DNA of 64,000 nt from Mobula hypostoma. Taxonomy: Eukaryota. Position numbers and translations under genes: made by a program. The DNA lies in NCBI RefSeq assembly GCF_963921235.1, contig NC_086097.1, forward strand, positions 189,102,001 to 189,166,000, in the 5' to 3' direction. The notes under the pieces were generated by a model. The model was not told where the DNA came from. It ran no database searches and saw only the letters and a list, made by a program, of their open reading frames with translations. Shown piece after piece: positions 38,983-50,840 of the stretch; positions within the stretch are counted from its first letter, which is position 1, and each line of letters opens with the position of its first letter.

Positions 38983-40401
38983 TAGATAGATAGATACTTC
39001 ATTGATCCCAATGAAAATTACAGTATCACAGTAGCATTACTAGTGCACAGATATACAAGTATACAAATATTAGAAGAGAAGTAAGAAAGAATAAAAAATA
39101 AGTTATCTCAAACAGTCTAACAGGAGGGGGTCATCACTTCCCCAGCTATAGGTTGACTCATTATGGAGCCTAATGGCCGGGGGTAAGAATGACTTCATAT
39201 CTCTCTCTTTGGAACCGTACAGTTGTCTTAGTCTATTACTGAAAGTGCTCTTCTGTTCAGCTAAGGTGGCATGCAGAGGATGAGAAACATTGTCCAGAAT
39301 TCCCAGGAATCTCCATAGGGTCCTTTGTTCTATCACAGCCTTCAGTGTGTCCAGTTTGATTCTTATGACAGAGCCAGCCTTTCTAATTGGTTTATTGAGC
39401 CTGTTGGCATCTCCTGTGTTGATGCCATTGCCCCAGCACACCACCACATAGAAGATTGTGCTGGCGACAACAGACTAGTAGAACATGCGAAGGAGAAACC
39501 CAAATACTCCAAAAGACTTCAGTCTCCTCAGGAAGTAGAGGTGACTCTGTCCCTTTTAGTACACAGTCTCTGTGTTGGTGCTCCACTCAAGTCTGTCATC
39601 CAGGTGCACCCCCAGGTACTTGTAGGTCCTCACCACATCCACATCCTCACCATCAATAGTTACAGCGAGCACTGCAGGCTTAGTCTTCCTAAAGTCCATC
39701 ACCATCTCCTTTACCTTATTGATGTTGAGCTGCAGACGATTCAGCTTGCACCATTTCACAAAGTCCTCCACCACAGCCCTACATTCTCTGAGTCATCAGA
39801 GAAATTCTGCAGATGACATGACTCTAAAGTCCAAGGTATATAGGGTAAACGGGGAGGGAGCCAATACAGTCCCCTGTGGGGCCCAGTGCTGCTTATAATC
39901 TTGTCTGACACACAGCTCTGAAGCCGTACAAACTGTGGTTTGCCAGTCAGGTAGTCCATTATCCAGGATACAATGGAACGGAGCTTTTCCCCCAGCAATG
40001 AAGGCTGGATGTTATTGAAGGCACTTGAGAAATCAAAAAACATGATCCTCACAGTGCAGCCCTGCTTATTCAAATAGGAGTAGTCTCTGTTCAGCAGGGA
40101 GATGACAGCATCATCAAATCCAGTGTGCTCCTAGTAGGCAAACTGCGGGGGGTGGGGTGGGGCAAGGGCTGATCTGACCAGGTGTCGGAGGTGACCCAGG
40201 GCCAGCTTCTCTCAGGTCTTCATGATGTGTGAGGTCAGGGCCACTGGACGGTAGTCATTCAAGACTTTCATTTGGCCCTTCTTGGGTACTGGGGCCACAC
40301 GTGATGTTTTCCACACAGTCAGGACCCTTTCCAGGCTGAGACTCAGATTGAAAATATGCTGGAGAACTCCAGACAGCTGCTCAGGACAGTCTTTCAGGAC
40401 C
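38983..40401 (-). mobile_element. Rex1/Babar-like LINE, 5'-truncated, (TCTA)n tail
   Basis: NDYRPVALTSHIMK, VRIMFFDFSSAFN, YKYLGVHLD, VVCWG..RLNKPIRKA; TAGATAGATAGATA at 38983-38996. Confidence 0.9.
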
Positions 40402-40555
40402 TTATATAAGATCATGAGGGGTATAGACAGGATGAAAGCACGTACTCATGTTCCAAGCAGAGTGTGCTAAAAATAAGAGGGCATAGACTTAAGATCAGAG
40501 GTGAGAAATTTAAAAGGACATCAGAGGCAGCTTCCTCATGCAAAGAAATCTGCCA
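40402..40555 (+). mobile_element. Small CR1 ORF2 C-terminal fragment
   Basis: YKIMRGIDR..RGHRLKIRGEKFK. Confidence 0.6.
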
Positions 40556-40731
40556 AAACAAAAGTAGACTTCTTTCCTCATAGTGATCAGATTTTGTCAA
40601 ATACTTCTGTAAACACTTTTCATTAGGGGGTGGCACGGTAGTGTAATGGTTAGCACAACAGTTTACAGTACAACATACATCAAAGTTGCTGGTGAATGCA
40701 GCAGGCCAAGCAGCATCTATAGGAAGAGATG

Positions 40732-40769
40732 CAGTCGACGTTTCAGGCCGAGACCCTTCGTCAGGACTA
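40732..40769 (-). ncRNA. Minimal type I hammerhead ribozyme, intact core
   Basis: Minus strand: tagtc CTGACGA a gggt-ctcg-gcct GAAA CG TC gactg. Confidence 0.85.
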
Positions 40770-41047
40770 ACTGAAGGAAGAGTGAGTAAGGGATTTGAAA
40801 GTTGGAGGGGGAGGGGGAGATCCAAAATGATAGGAGAAGACAGGAGGGGGAGGGATAGAGCCGCGAGCTGGACAGGTGATTGGCAAAAGGGGATACGAGA
40901 GGATCATGGGACAGGAGGTCCGGGAAGAAAGACAAGGGGATGAGCAAGAGGTATATTCAGAGGGACAGAGGGAGAAAAAGGAGAGTGAGAGAAAGAATGT
41001 GTGCATAAAAATGAGTAACAGATGGGGTACGAGGGGGAGGTGGGGCC

Positions 41048-43640
41048 TTAGCGGAAGTTAGAGAAGTCAATGTTCATGCCATCAGGTTGGAGGCTACCCA
41101 GACGGAATATAAGGTGTTGTTCCTCCAACCTGAGTGTGGCTTCATCTCCACAGTAGAGGAGGCCATGGACAGACATGTCAGAATGGGAATGGGATGTGGA
41201 ATTAAAATGTGTGGCCAATGGGAGATCCTGCTTTCTCTGGCGGACAGAGCGTAGATGTTCAGCAAAGCGGTCTCCCAGTCTGCGTCGGGTCTCACCAATA
41301 TATAAAAGGCCACATCGGGAGCACCGGACGCAGTATATCACCCCAGTCGACTCACAGGTGAAGTGATGCCTCACCTGGAAGGACTGTTTGGGGCCCTGAA
41401 TGGTGGTAAGGGAGGAAGTGTAAGGGCATGTGTAGCACTTGTTCCGCTTACACGGATAAGTGCCAGGAGGGAGATCAGTGGGGAGGGATGGGGGGGACGA
41501 ATGGACAAGGGAGTTGTGTAGGGAGCGATCCCTGCGGAATGCAGGGGGGGGGGGAGGGAAAGATGTGCTTAGTGGTGGGATCCCCTTGGAGGTGGCGGAA
41601 GTTACGGAGAATAATATGTTGGACCCGGAGGCTGGTGGGGTGGTAGGTGAGGACCAGGGGAACCCTATTCCTAGTGGGGTGGTGGGAGGATGGAGTGAGA
41701 GCAGATGTACGTGAAATGGGGGAGATACATTTAAGAGCAGAGTTGATAGTGGAGGAAGGGAAGCCCCTTTCTTTAAAAAAGGAAGACATCTCCCTCGTCC
41801 TAGAATGAAAAGCCTCATCCTGAGAGCAGATGCGGCGGAGACGGAGGAATTGCGAGAAGGGGATGGCGTTTTTGCAAGAGACAGGGTGAGAAGAGGAATA
41901 GTCCAGATAGCTGTGAGAGTCAGTAGGCTTATAGTAGACATCAGTGGATAAGCTGTCTCCAGAGACAGAGACAGAAAGATCTAGAAAGGGGAGGGAGGTG
42001 TTGGAAATGGACCAGGTAAACTTGAGGGCAGGGTGAAAGTTGGAGGCAAAGTTAATAAAGTCAACGAGTACTGCATGCGTGCAGGAAGCAGCGCCAATGC
42101 AGTCGTCGATGTAGCGAAGGAAAAGTGGGGGACAGATACCAGAATAGGCATGGAACATAGATTGTTCCACAAACCCAACAAAAAGGCAGGCATCGCTAGG
42201 ACCCATACGGGTGCCCATAGCTACACCTTTAGTTCGGAGGAAATGGGAGGAGCCAAAGGAGAAATTATTAAGAGTAAGGACTAATTCCGCTAGACGGAGC
42301 AGAGTGGTGGTAGAGGGGAACTGATTAGGTCTGGAATCCAAAAAGAAGCGTAGAGCTTTGAGACCTTCCTGATGGGGGATGGAAGTATATAAGGACTGGA
42401 CATCCATGGTGAAAATAAAGCGGTGGGGGCCAGGGAACTTAAAATCATCGAAAAGTTTAAGAGCGTGAGAAGTGTCACGAACATAGGTCGGAAGGGATTG
42501 AACAAGGGGTGATAAAACAGTGTCGAGGTATGCAGAAATGAGTTCGGTGGGGCAGGAGCAAGCTGAGACAATAGGTCGGCCAGGACAGGCAGGTTTGTGG
42601 ATCTTGGGTAGGAGATAGAAACGGGAAGTGCGGGGTGTGGGAACTATAAGGTTGGTAGCAGTGGATGGGAGATCCCCTGAGCGGATAAAGTTGGTGATGG
42701 TGTGGGAGACAATGGCCTGGTGCTCCTTAGTGGGGTCACGATCGAGGGGTAAATAAGAGGAGATATCCGCGAGTTGTCGCTGTGCCTCGGCAAGGTAGAG
42801 GTCAGTACGCCAGACTACAACAGCACCCCCCTTATCGGCGGATTTAATAATAAGGTTAGGATTAGTGCGGAGGGAGTGGAGAGCAGAGCGTTCCGAAGGA
42901 GTGAGGTTGGAATGGGGACAAGGTGCGGTGAAGTCGAGACGGTTGATGTCCCGTCGGCAGTTAGCAATAAAGAGATCCAGAGCAGGCAGAAGACCAGAGC
43001 GGGGCGTCCATGAAGAAGAGGAGGGTTGAAGATGGGAGAAGGGGTCATCGGTGGGGGTGGAAGAGTCCTTGCCGAAGAAGTAGGCTTGGAGACGGAGACG
43101 GCGGAAGAAAAGTTCCGCATCGTGGCGAACATGGAACTCGCTGAGGTGTGCGCGAAGGGGGACAAACGTGAGGCCCTTACTGAGAACAGAGCGTTCTGCC
43201 TCTGACAGTTGAAGGTCGGAGGGGATGGTAAAGACCCGGCACGGATGAGAGCTGGGATCAGAGGGGGGAGGGGGGAGGCTGGTGGTGTCAGTGGAGAGGG
43301 GAGGGTTGGGCTGAGAGGAAGATGGAGCCTCTGAGGGCCCAGGAGTTGACGGTGGGATCTGAGGAAGACGGGGCTGCGGAGTGGTGGTGGGGGAAGGGGA
43401 GACGGGAGTCACAACAGCAGCACATAAAGACCCGGCCTGGAGTTCAAGGCTGGAGTCGCAGTTGGTGGTTGCGCAATCGCTGTGAAGGTGTCCATGGTCG
43501 TTGCTGGAGTCCGGGTTTTGAATATGTCCTGAGGTGTTGGAGCCGCCGAGATCAATGGCAGGGGCCGCAATTTGAAGTTCATGCCTGCTAGCGTCAGGGC
43601 CGGCAGGCTCTGGAGTCCGTAGATGTAGGATCTTGCGATC
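41048..43640 (-). pseudogene. PLE ORF (RT + CxxxxCxxC linker + GIY-YIG endonuclease) with a single frameshift in a G11 run
   Basis: 645-aa ORF 41475-43412 (ADKG, YLLPKIHK, GRPIVS, DVQSLYT, GVAMG, YIDD) switches to the 41048-41941 frame (AFRR..CKRNKCYTC..VIYC..YIGET..HFN..GMN) at 41544-41554. The frame is open upstream to the truncation point. Confidence 0.92.
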
Positions 43641-44052
43641 TTTACAGTACAGTACAGTACAGGTGGTTTGGGTTCAATTCCCACAGCTGCCTCTAAGGAG
43701 TTTGTACGTTCTTCCCATAACCGCATGGGTTTCCTCTGGGTGCTCCAGTTTCCTCCCATATTCCAAAGACATACCGTTTGGTAGGTTAATTGGTCATCAT
43801 AAATTGACCTATGATTAGGCTAGCATTAAAATTGGGGGATTGCTGGACAGTGCGGCTCAAAAGGTCAGAAGGGCCCAATCTGTGCTGTATATCAATAAAC
43901 AAATACATTTGCCATTTTGTGTAGATTAGTTGAGGCCAAATTCTGCCTCATCCCATTTAAATCTACTTCATTATTAAACTTTGCTTCAGTTCTTATAATT
44001 TTCCCTGTAAAAGCTGAGGATATATTTTATCAATAGAATAAAATACTGCAAT

Positions 44053-44205
44053 TATAATGATAATTTTAGTGTTGAATTTATCACAGGTAAACCCCACCCC
44101 CAACCGTTGAGCACATCTACTTGAATCGTTGCTGTATCCATCATCCATTATCAAAGATCCTCAACACCCAGGCCATGCTATAATGATAATTTTAGTGTTG
44201 AATTT
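44053..44205. repeat. 27-bp direct repeat flanking a 99-bp LINE-internal fragment
   Basis: TATAATGATAATTTTAGTGTTGAATTT at 44053-44079 and 44179-44205. Confidence 0.9.
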
Positions 44206-44633
44206 TAGTGTGATATTTATATTACAAACATTACTTAAAGCCATATGTTTGAAAGCTGAACAATGTATTTATAAAAGAGCTTAGTGGGCACATGCCCAAA
44301 ATACTGGAGCAAATTGTGATATAATTTCGACAGCTAGGAAATACAGTATACTCAGATAAAAATTGTGGTAATATGTGTCACAGCTATTGGAAAAGAAATC
44401 ATGAGAAATATCCTATAACATTGTCTATGAATAATTCATGGATGCAATGTGGATCATGGCATAATCTGGTACAGTAACAGTTACATTATAACTCAAACCA
44501 CATGCCATACAGTATATGACCTGATAATTATTTTATGACGAAGAATAAATACTGTTGATGACACCATGGAAAGAGCTTCTGCTCTTTGACATAATATTGT
44601 GGAATCTTTTATGACAGGTAAAAGCTGAAGAGG

Positions 44634-45545
44634 TTCAAAGTTCAAAGAAAAATTTATTATCACAGTACATAGATATCAGCACATGCAACTCTGGGATTCT
44701 TTTTCCTGTGGGCACACTCAGCAAATCTGTAGAAAAGTAACTGTAAACAGGATCAATGAACAATAAACTGTGAAAATGCAAATATAAATAAATAGCAAAA
44801 GATAACGAGAACATGAAATAACAAGATAAAGACTCCTTAAAGTGAGACTATCTGTTGTGAGAACACCAGAAATAGAATGAGTGTAGTTTTCCCCTCTTGT
44901 TCAAGAGCCTGATGAGTGGTTGTAACTGTTCTCGAACCTGGTAGTGTGAATCTTAAGGCACCTGTACCTTCTATCTGATGGAAGCAGCAAGAAAAGAGCA
45001 TGGCCTGGGTGGTGAGGATCTTTAATGATGGATGCTGGTTCTCTACAGCAATGATTCAAGTAAATGTGCTCAATGGTTGGGCGGGGGTGTGGTTTACCTG
45101 TGATGTACTGTGTAGGATTTTCCACTCAAAGGCATTGGTGTTCCTATACCAGGCCTTAATGCAGGCAGTCAATGCACTTTCCACCACACATCTGTAGAAG
45201 TTTCCCAAGGTGTTTGATGACATGCAGGATCTCTGCACACTCCTGGGGAAGGAGAGATGCTGTCATGCTTCCTTTGCAATTATATTTGTATGATGGGCCC
45301 AGGATAGGTCCTCTGAGATAGTGACACTGAGGAATTTAAAGTTGCTGACCCTCTCCACCTCTGATCCTCTGATGAATGCTTGCTCATGGAATTCTGATTT
45401 CCCTGTCCTGAAGTCTACAATCAGTTCCTTGGTCTTGTTGACTTTCAATGTTATTACACCACTCAGCCAAATTTTCAAACTTGCTCCTGTATGCTGATTC
45501 ATCACCACGTTTGATACGGCCCACAAATGTGGTGTCATCAGTAAA
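44634..45545 (-). mobile_element. Rex1/L2-like LINE 3' fragment, (AACTTTG)n tail family
   Basis: KVNKTKELIVDFR, FKFLSVTISEDLSW, FYRCVVESALT, HHPGHALF; GTTCAAAGTTCAAAG tail. Confidence 0.85.
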
Positions 45546-45679
45546 CTTATAACAAACTTATAGGGTCTTCCTTAGAGCGTGATTCTCTTTCAGTACGGCA
45601 TGGGAATAGTCGAGCCCCTATAGTGAAATGATCTCCTTCCTTCTTGGATACTTGCTGAAAAATAGAGTATTTGTTATAG

Positions 45680-46390
45680 AGTCACTGAATCATACAGAGT
45701 GGAAACAGGCCTTGTGACCACTGTTTGTCTCGGAAATCTCATTTTCCTGCATTCAGTCCAATGTGTTTTACTGCACACTTTCTCAAATCCCTTCTAAATC
45801 TCCTCTCCATTATATTAAACCTATGCTATGTCATTATGGAGTCAGTCATACAACACAGAAACAGGTCCTTTGACCCACCATGGTGACCACCAAATACTAA
45901 TCTATCCGAATTCCAACTTCCAGCATTTGGCAATTGAAGTGTTTTTCTAAATAATTCATAAATATTGTGAAAGTCTCTGCCTTTTCTACCCTGTTAGGCA
46001 ATGTGTCCCAGATTCCAACAATCCTGTAAGTGGAAAAAAATTCTTCCTCAGATCCCACTCCTTACCATAAACTTATGCCCTTGTTTTCAGACTTTCTGCT
46101 TCGGGGAAAGGAGTTTTATGATCCACCCCTACCATAATTTTGTATACTTCTTTGAAGTTCCACCCCTTCCATTCCAAGGAAAACAAGTCTACATATCCTG
46201 TCTCCCCTCATGACTGAAAACTCCATCTCAAGTAATGTTCTAGTGAACCTCCTCTCTGGTGCAATCACGTCCTTCCTATAGTGTGGCAACCAGGAGCACA
46301 TAGTAATCTAACTGTGGCCAAGCCAATATTTTATAAAGTTGTACAATAAGCTACCTTCTCTAATATACTGTTAATGAAGGCAATTATTCC
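45680..46390 (-). mobile_element. Old CR1 3' fragments
   Basis: WLPHYRKDVIAPERRFTR (46116-46301) and 3' UTR remnants. Confidence 0.6.
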
Positions 46391-47769
46391 ATACATCATA
46401 TTGTTATAGACAATCGCTGAGGGGAAATTTTTCTAACCTTCTAAATATATTGGTTGAAAACTTTGACAAATATGAGTAGGTTTGAACAATCTTAATAATG
46501 AATCCATTGTTTTATAGTGTTAACTATATTAGAATTTGTGAAAATGATTTTCTATAGCTTAGCATTAGAAACTGAAAAAATTCATTAATGCATGCATGCA
46601 TTTCTAAATGACAATAAACGAGGACTGAGTGTTCTCATAATCTAATCTAATCTAATATGCAGTGTATCATTCATTTTTTCAGGTTTTCATTATTCTCCTT
46701 CTACAATTAATATATACGATAAAATATAAGAACAAATCTCAAATAGGTAATTCAAATCTTGATAACCCACAGAGCAAAAAGAATAAGGAACTCTCTACAA
46801 AAGGCGGTAATTGAGACAAATACATTTAACAAGAAGGTAGATAAGCATTTGAGGAAAAGTTTATTCCGCTGGATGAGGCAGAATGGAAAGAGGATTGAAT
46901 GGAAAATAGAATTAGTGGCAATCATTTTGACAAGGATTACTGCTTAAGTTCCTACAAGTTTTCTCTTCCTGGTTGCTTTGTACACTGCTTCATATTTCTA
47001 GATGCAGTGCCATAAGATCCAGTAATAATTTATTACTGGAACCATGTAAACCAGAAAGTAGTAATATCATACTCCACGTGTCATCTTTATTACAGATGTG
47101 TAACAATATTTTTTTAAAATGTGCTGTTGAAGTAGAATCTGAAACCTACAGATACATTCCAATCATCAGGATACTGTCGTCAAGCATTGCCTAATTATAA
47201 TGTGCCAACAAGCTGTGTTTTCTGACAGCAGTTCTGCATTATGGCATTGATGAAAGACTGCAGTAGAAATTATTTTACTGCATTTTAATCTGTATCTCCC
47301 CACAAGCATAAGTTAAAGGCCTGTAAAAGATGGAATGTAATTTGCAGGGTCCTCAGAACAGTGTGGTTATGTTGTGTTTGACAGAGCTGTGGCTGTATCA
47401 GTTTCTGCCCGGCAGTAATCCCATTGCGTTGTTTACAGCTGCTAGCCAAGCAGTTGTGACCTCAATAGCCAACTCTTAAAGACACATATCGCATTACAAG
47501 CTGCACTCTTCCAGCCACTCGTGGTGTTAGCATTTAAGGATTAAATGCTGTAACAGTAGAAGGATGTTAGAAGAATGTGCCAAGGGTGGCCAAAGGGAAT
47601 TTGACAGGTTGGCAAAGAACAGTACTCAAAGAAGGCAAGATCCTTGTCAAAGAGAGCTCAAGAACCCAGGGGTATCACCAGATGATGCTGGCAGGAGATT
47701 GCCAGGAGCTTACTGTAAGAAGTGATATGACGAGTGGTCAAAGAATCCCTTTTACCCAGTTCCCATAGA

Positions 47770-48748
47770 CTGAAGTCTGCTGATGACACCACTGCCATTG
47801 GCTGAATCAAACAGTGACAAATCAGCATATAGGAGCGAGGTTGAAATTCTGGCTGAGTGGTGGCACAACAACAACCTTTCACTCAATGTCAGCAAGACCA
47901 AGGAGCTGATTATTGACTTTAGGGGGAGGAAAACAGAAGTCCATGAGCCAGTCCTCATATGAGGATCAAAGGTGAAAAGGGTCAGCCACTTTACATTCCT
48001 CAATGTTATCATTTCAGAGGATCTGTCCTGGGCAAGGCATGTAAGAAGAAAGCACGACAGCACCTATACTTCCTTAGAAGTTTGTGAAGATTCAGCATAA
48101 CATCTAAAACTTTGACAAACTTCGATAGATGTATGTTGGAGAGTATGTTGACTGGTGGCATCACGACCTGAAATAGAAATACCAATGCCCTTGAATGAAA
48201 AATCCAGCCAAAAGTAGTGGATACAGCCTAGTCCATCATCGGTAAAGCCCTCCCCACCATTAAGTACTGTCATAGGAAAGGAGCATCCTTTATTAGCAAC
48301 CCCCACCACCCTGGCCATGCTGTCTTCTCACTGCTGTCATCAGGAAGAAGGTACAAGAGCCTCAGGACACACGCTGGCAGGTTCAGGAACTGTCATCATC
48401 AGGACCTCAGTCATCAGGCTCTTGAACCTGGGGAAATTTTCACTCAACTTCCCTCACCTCATCACTAAAATGCTCCCACAACTGATGGACTCATTTTCAA
48501 GGACGCTTCATCTCATGTCCTCGAATTTGTTGCTTATTTATTTACTATCATTATTTCCTTTTTTCCTTTTGAACTTGTACAGTTAATTATCTTTGCACAT
48601 CGGTTGTTTGTCTGCCCTCTTGGGTGTGGTCTTTCATTGATTCTGTCAGGTTTCTTGGATTTTCTAAATATGCCGAAAGAAACCGAATCTCGGGGTTGTA
48701 TATGGTGACATCCATGCACTTTGATAATAAATTTACTTTGAACTTTGA
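47770..48748 (+). mobile_element. Rex1/L2-like LINE 3' fragment, (AACTTTG)n tail family
   Basis: ADDTTAIG, LNVSKTKELIIDFR, EDLSWA; tail GATAATAAATTTACTTTGAACTTTGAA. Confidence 0.85.
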
Positions 48749-50142
48749 AGAGGTGCATAAGATCTTCTCTTTCTAATTACTGAATTACTGCCACTTCCTA
48801 AATGCAGCACTGAATTGCAGTTGGATCAGCAGCAACAGCTAGAAATGATCCTGAAGTTCAGAAATTGAGTGTGCGTGACATTGACCTTGAACTTTGAGGA
48901 CACTTAGGTAGCATTATTTGAGGTCACAGGTTATCACAGATGTCAGCGAAGACAAAGCATGCAGATTTTTTTACCATGTTCGCCCTTTATAGTTACATTT
49001 CAAGAGAAAGAGGGCTGCAGAGAACTGGTTGCTCTGTGACTGAATAAGAAGTCATGCTTGAGAAATACTTTGGGCACTGTACTACTTGTGATATCGTATG
49101 AAGGAGTTTTAAACTACAAGAGAACGATGCTTGTTCAAATGAAAAGTCAAATGTTAAATGTCTAAGACAGTCAGAGGTTGAAGGAATAGTATCCTACTTC
49201 AGGTTAAGTTGATTTTCAGCAGCACTGTATGTTTAGTTGTAAGAAATTTCTGGGCACCTATTTACATATTTTAGAATGATTCAAGAATGATTCAACAGTA
49301 TAAAAGAGAAAATCTCTGATTACCAATGAACACTATTACCCAACCGGACAAAATTTTAAACTGTTTCATCAATTCTAATGTATAAGAATCAGAGTATCTC
49401 CAATGGATTTCCAATTTAGATCACCATTTGGACATTAATTACATTACCACAAGTCTCAAGCCAAACAGTTCTCTCAAATATAATCCGGTAAACTTGAGTT
49501 TATTTTAATCAATTAGAATTTGTGGCCTTAATGAGGCATCTCAGCCACCAAGTAGTAGCTTATGTTATAGTACTCCAGCTCTCATATTCCAGCATTTCTT
49601 CCTAAGAAAAAAAATCAGCAGGTACTTTAGAAATGAGTAAGAAATGCTTTGCCATTCCATAAAGTTGTTACATATTTAAAGAAGTAAAGCAATCTTAAAA
49701 TAACAATGGGTGACACACGACTTTACTCACCAGTACTATCCCACTCTGTGTTACTATTATACATTCTCTTTTACTGTCGAAGTACAGCCAGCATATTTAA
49801 TACCAACAACCAAATACTCATTTCCCTCTTGGTGCTGCTGAATGGCACCTTAAAATTATGAATATAAAATTAACTTGCACTTATATTGTACTCTTAACAT
49901 AAATGAGAGCTTGGTAAGAGTAACAGAAAACTTTAGTTATGTGATAAATAGTGGAGAAAGATTTAAAAAGTGAAGGGAAATATGAGGAGAATTGAGGGCT
50001 GGTGTTATGACAATTAAAAACCATGGAAGAGACATTATATCATCTCAAACATGAGAAAATCTGCGGATGCTGGAAATTCAAGCAACACACACAAAATGCT
50101 GGCGGAACACAGCAGGCCAGGCAGCATCTATAGGAAGAAGTA

Positions 50143-50180
50143 CAGTCGATGTTTCGGGTCCAGACACTTCATCAGGACTA
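50143..50180 (-). ncRNA. Minimal hammerhead ribozyme, partly decayed
   Basis: Minus strand: tagtc CTGATGA a gtgt-ctgg-accc GAAA CA TC gactg. Confidence 0.6.
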
Positions 50181-50802
50181 ATGGAAAAAAGAGATAGTAA
50201 GAGATTTGAAAGTGGGAAGGGGAGAGGGCGATCTGAAATGATAGGAGAAGACAGGAGGGGGAGGGATGGAGCCAAGAGCTGGGAAGTCGATTGGCAAAAG
50301 GGATACAAGGCTGGAGAATTCCACGTCCCATTCCCATTCCGATATGTCAATCCATGGGCTCCTCTACTGTTGAGATGAAGCCACACTCAGGTTGGAGGAA
50401 CAACACCTTATATTCCATCTGGGTAGCCTCGAACCTGATGGCATGAACATTGATTACTCTAACTTCCGTTAATGCCCCTCTTCCCCTTCTTACCCCATCC
50501 CTAATTTATTTATTTATTTGTTTGTTTGTTTGTTTATTTATTTATTTATCTATTTTTCTCTCTTTCCCTTTCACAATAACTCCTTGCCTGTTCTCCATCT
50601 TCCTTTGGTGCTCCCCACCCCCTTTCTTTCTTCCAAGGCCTTCCGTCCCATGATACTCCCCCTTCTCCAGCCTTGTATCCCTTTTGCCAATCAACTTCCC
50701 AGCTCTTGGCTTCATCCTTCCCCCTCCTGTCTTCTCCTATCATTTCATGTCTCCTCCTCCCCCCCTCCCACTTTCAAATCTCTTACTATCTCTTTTTTCT
50801 GT

Positions 50803-50840
50803 TAGTCCTGACGAAGGGTCTCGACCCGAAATGTTGACTG
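50803..50840 (+). ncRNA. Minimal hammerhead ribozyme
   Basis: tagtc CTGACGA a gggt-ctcg-accc GAAA TG TT gactg. Confidence 0.7.

Larger units (their letters stand above)
40672..43640 (-). mobile_element. Young Penelope-like element (Neptune-like), 5'-truncated, with pLTR
   Basis: RT + Cys linker + GIY-YIG; TTTACAGTAC(A) duplicated at 40662-40672 and 43641-43651. Confidence 0.96.
40627..43905 (+). mobile_element. tRNA-derived V-SINE/HE1-like SINE (40627-40671 + 43641-43905), split by a PLE
   Basis: A box GGTAGTGTAATGGTTAGC (40637), B box GGTTCAATTCCC (43671), core GGGTTTCCTCTGGGTGCTCCAGTTTCCTCCCA, CR1-like 3' end. Confidence 0.8.

Noticed and set aside
41544..41554. Programmed frameshift between PLE RT and endonuclease
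   Set aside because: The sister copy (near 34860) is shifted at the same C-run but into a different frame, which fits homopolymer instability. PLEs normally have one ORF.
49731..49848. Minus-strand exon-like segment (TTTTAAG|..CTG|GTGAGT)
   Set aside because: Stops in all three frames; a non-coding exon cannot be supported without RNA data.
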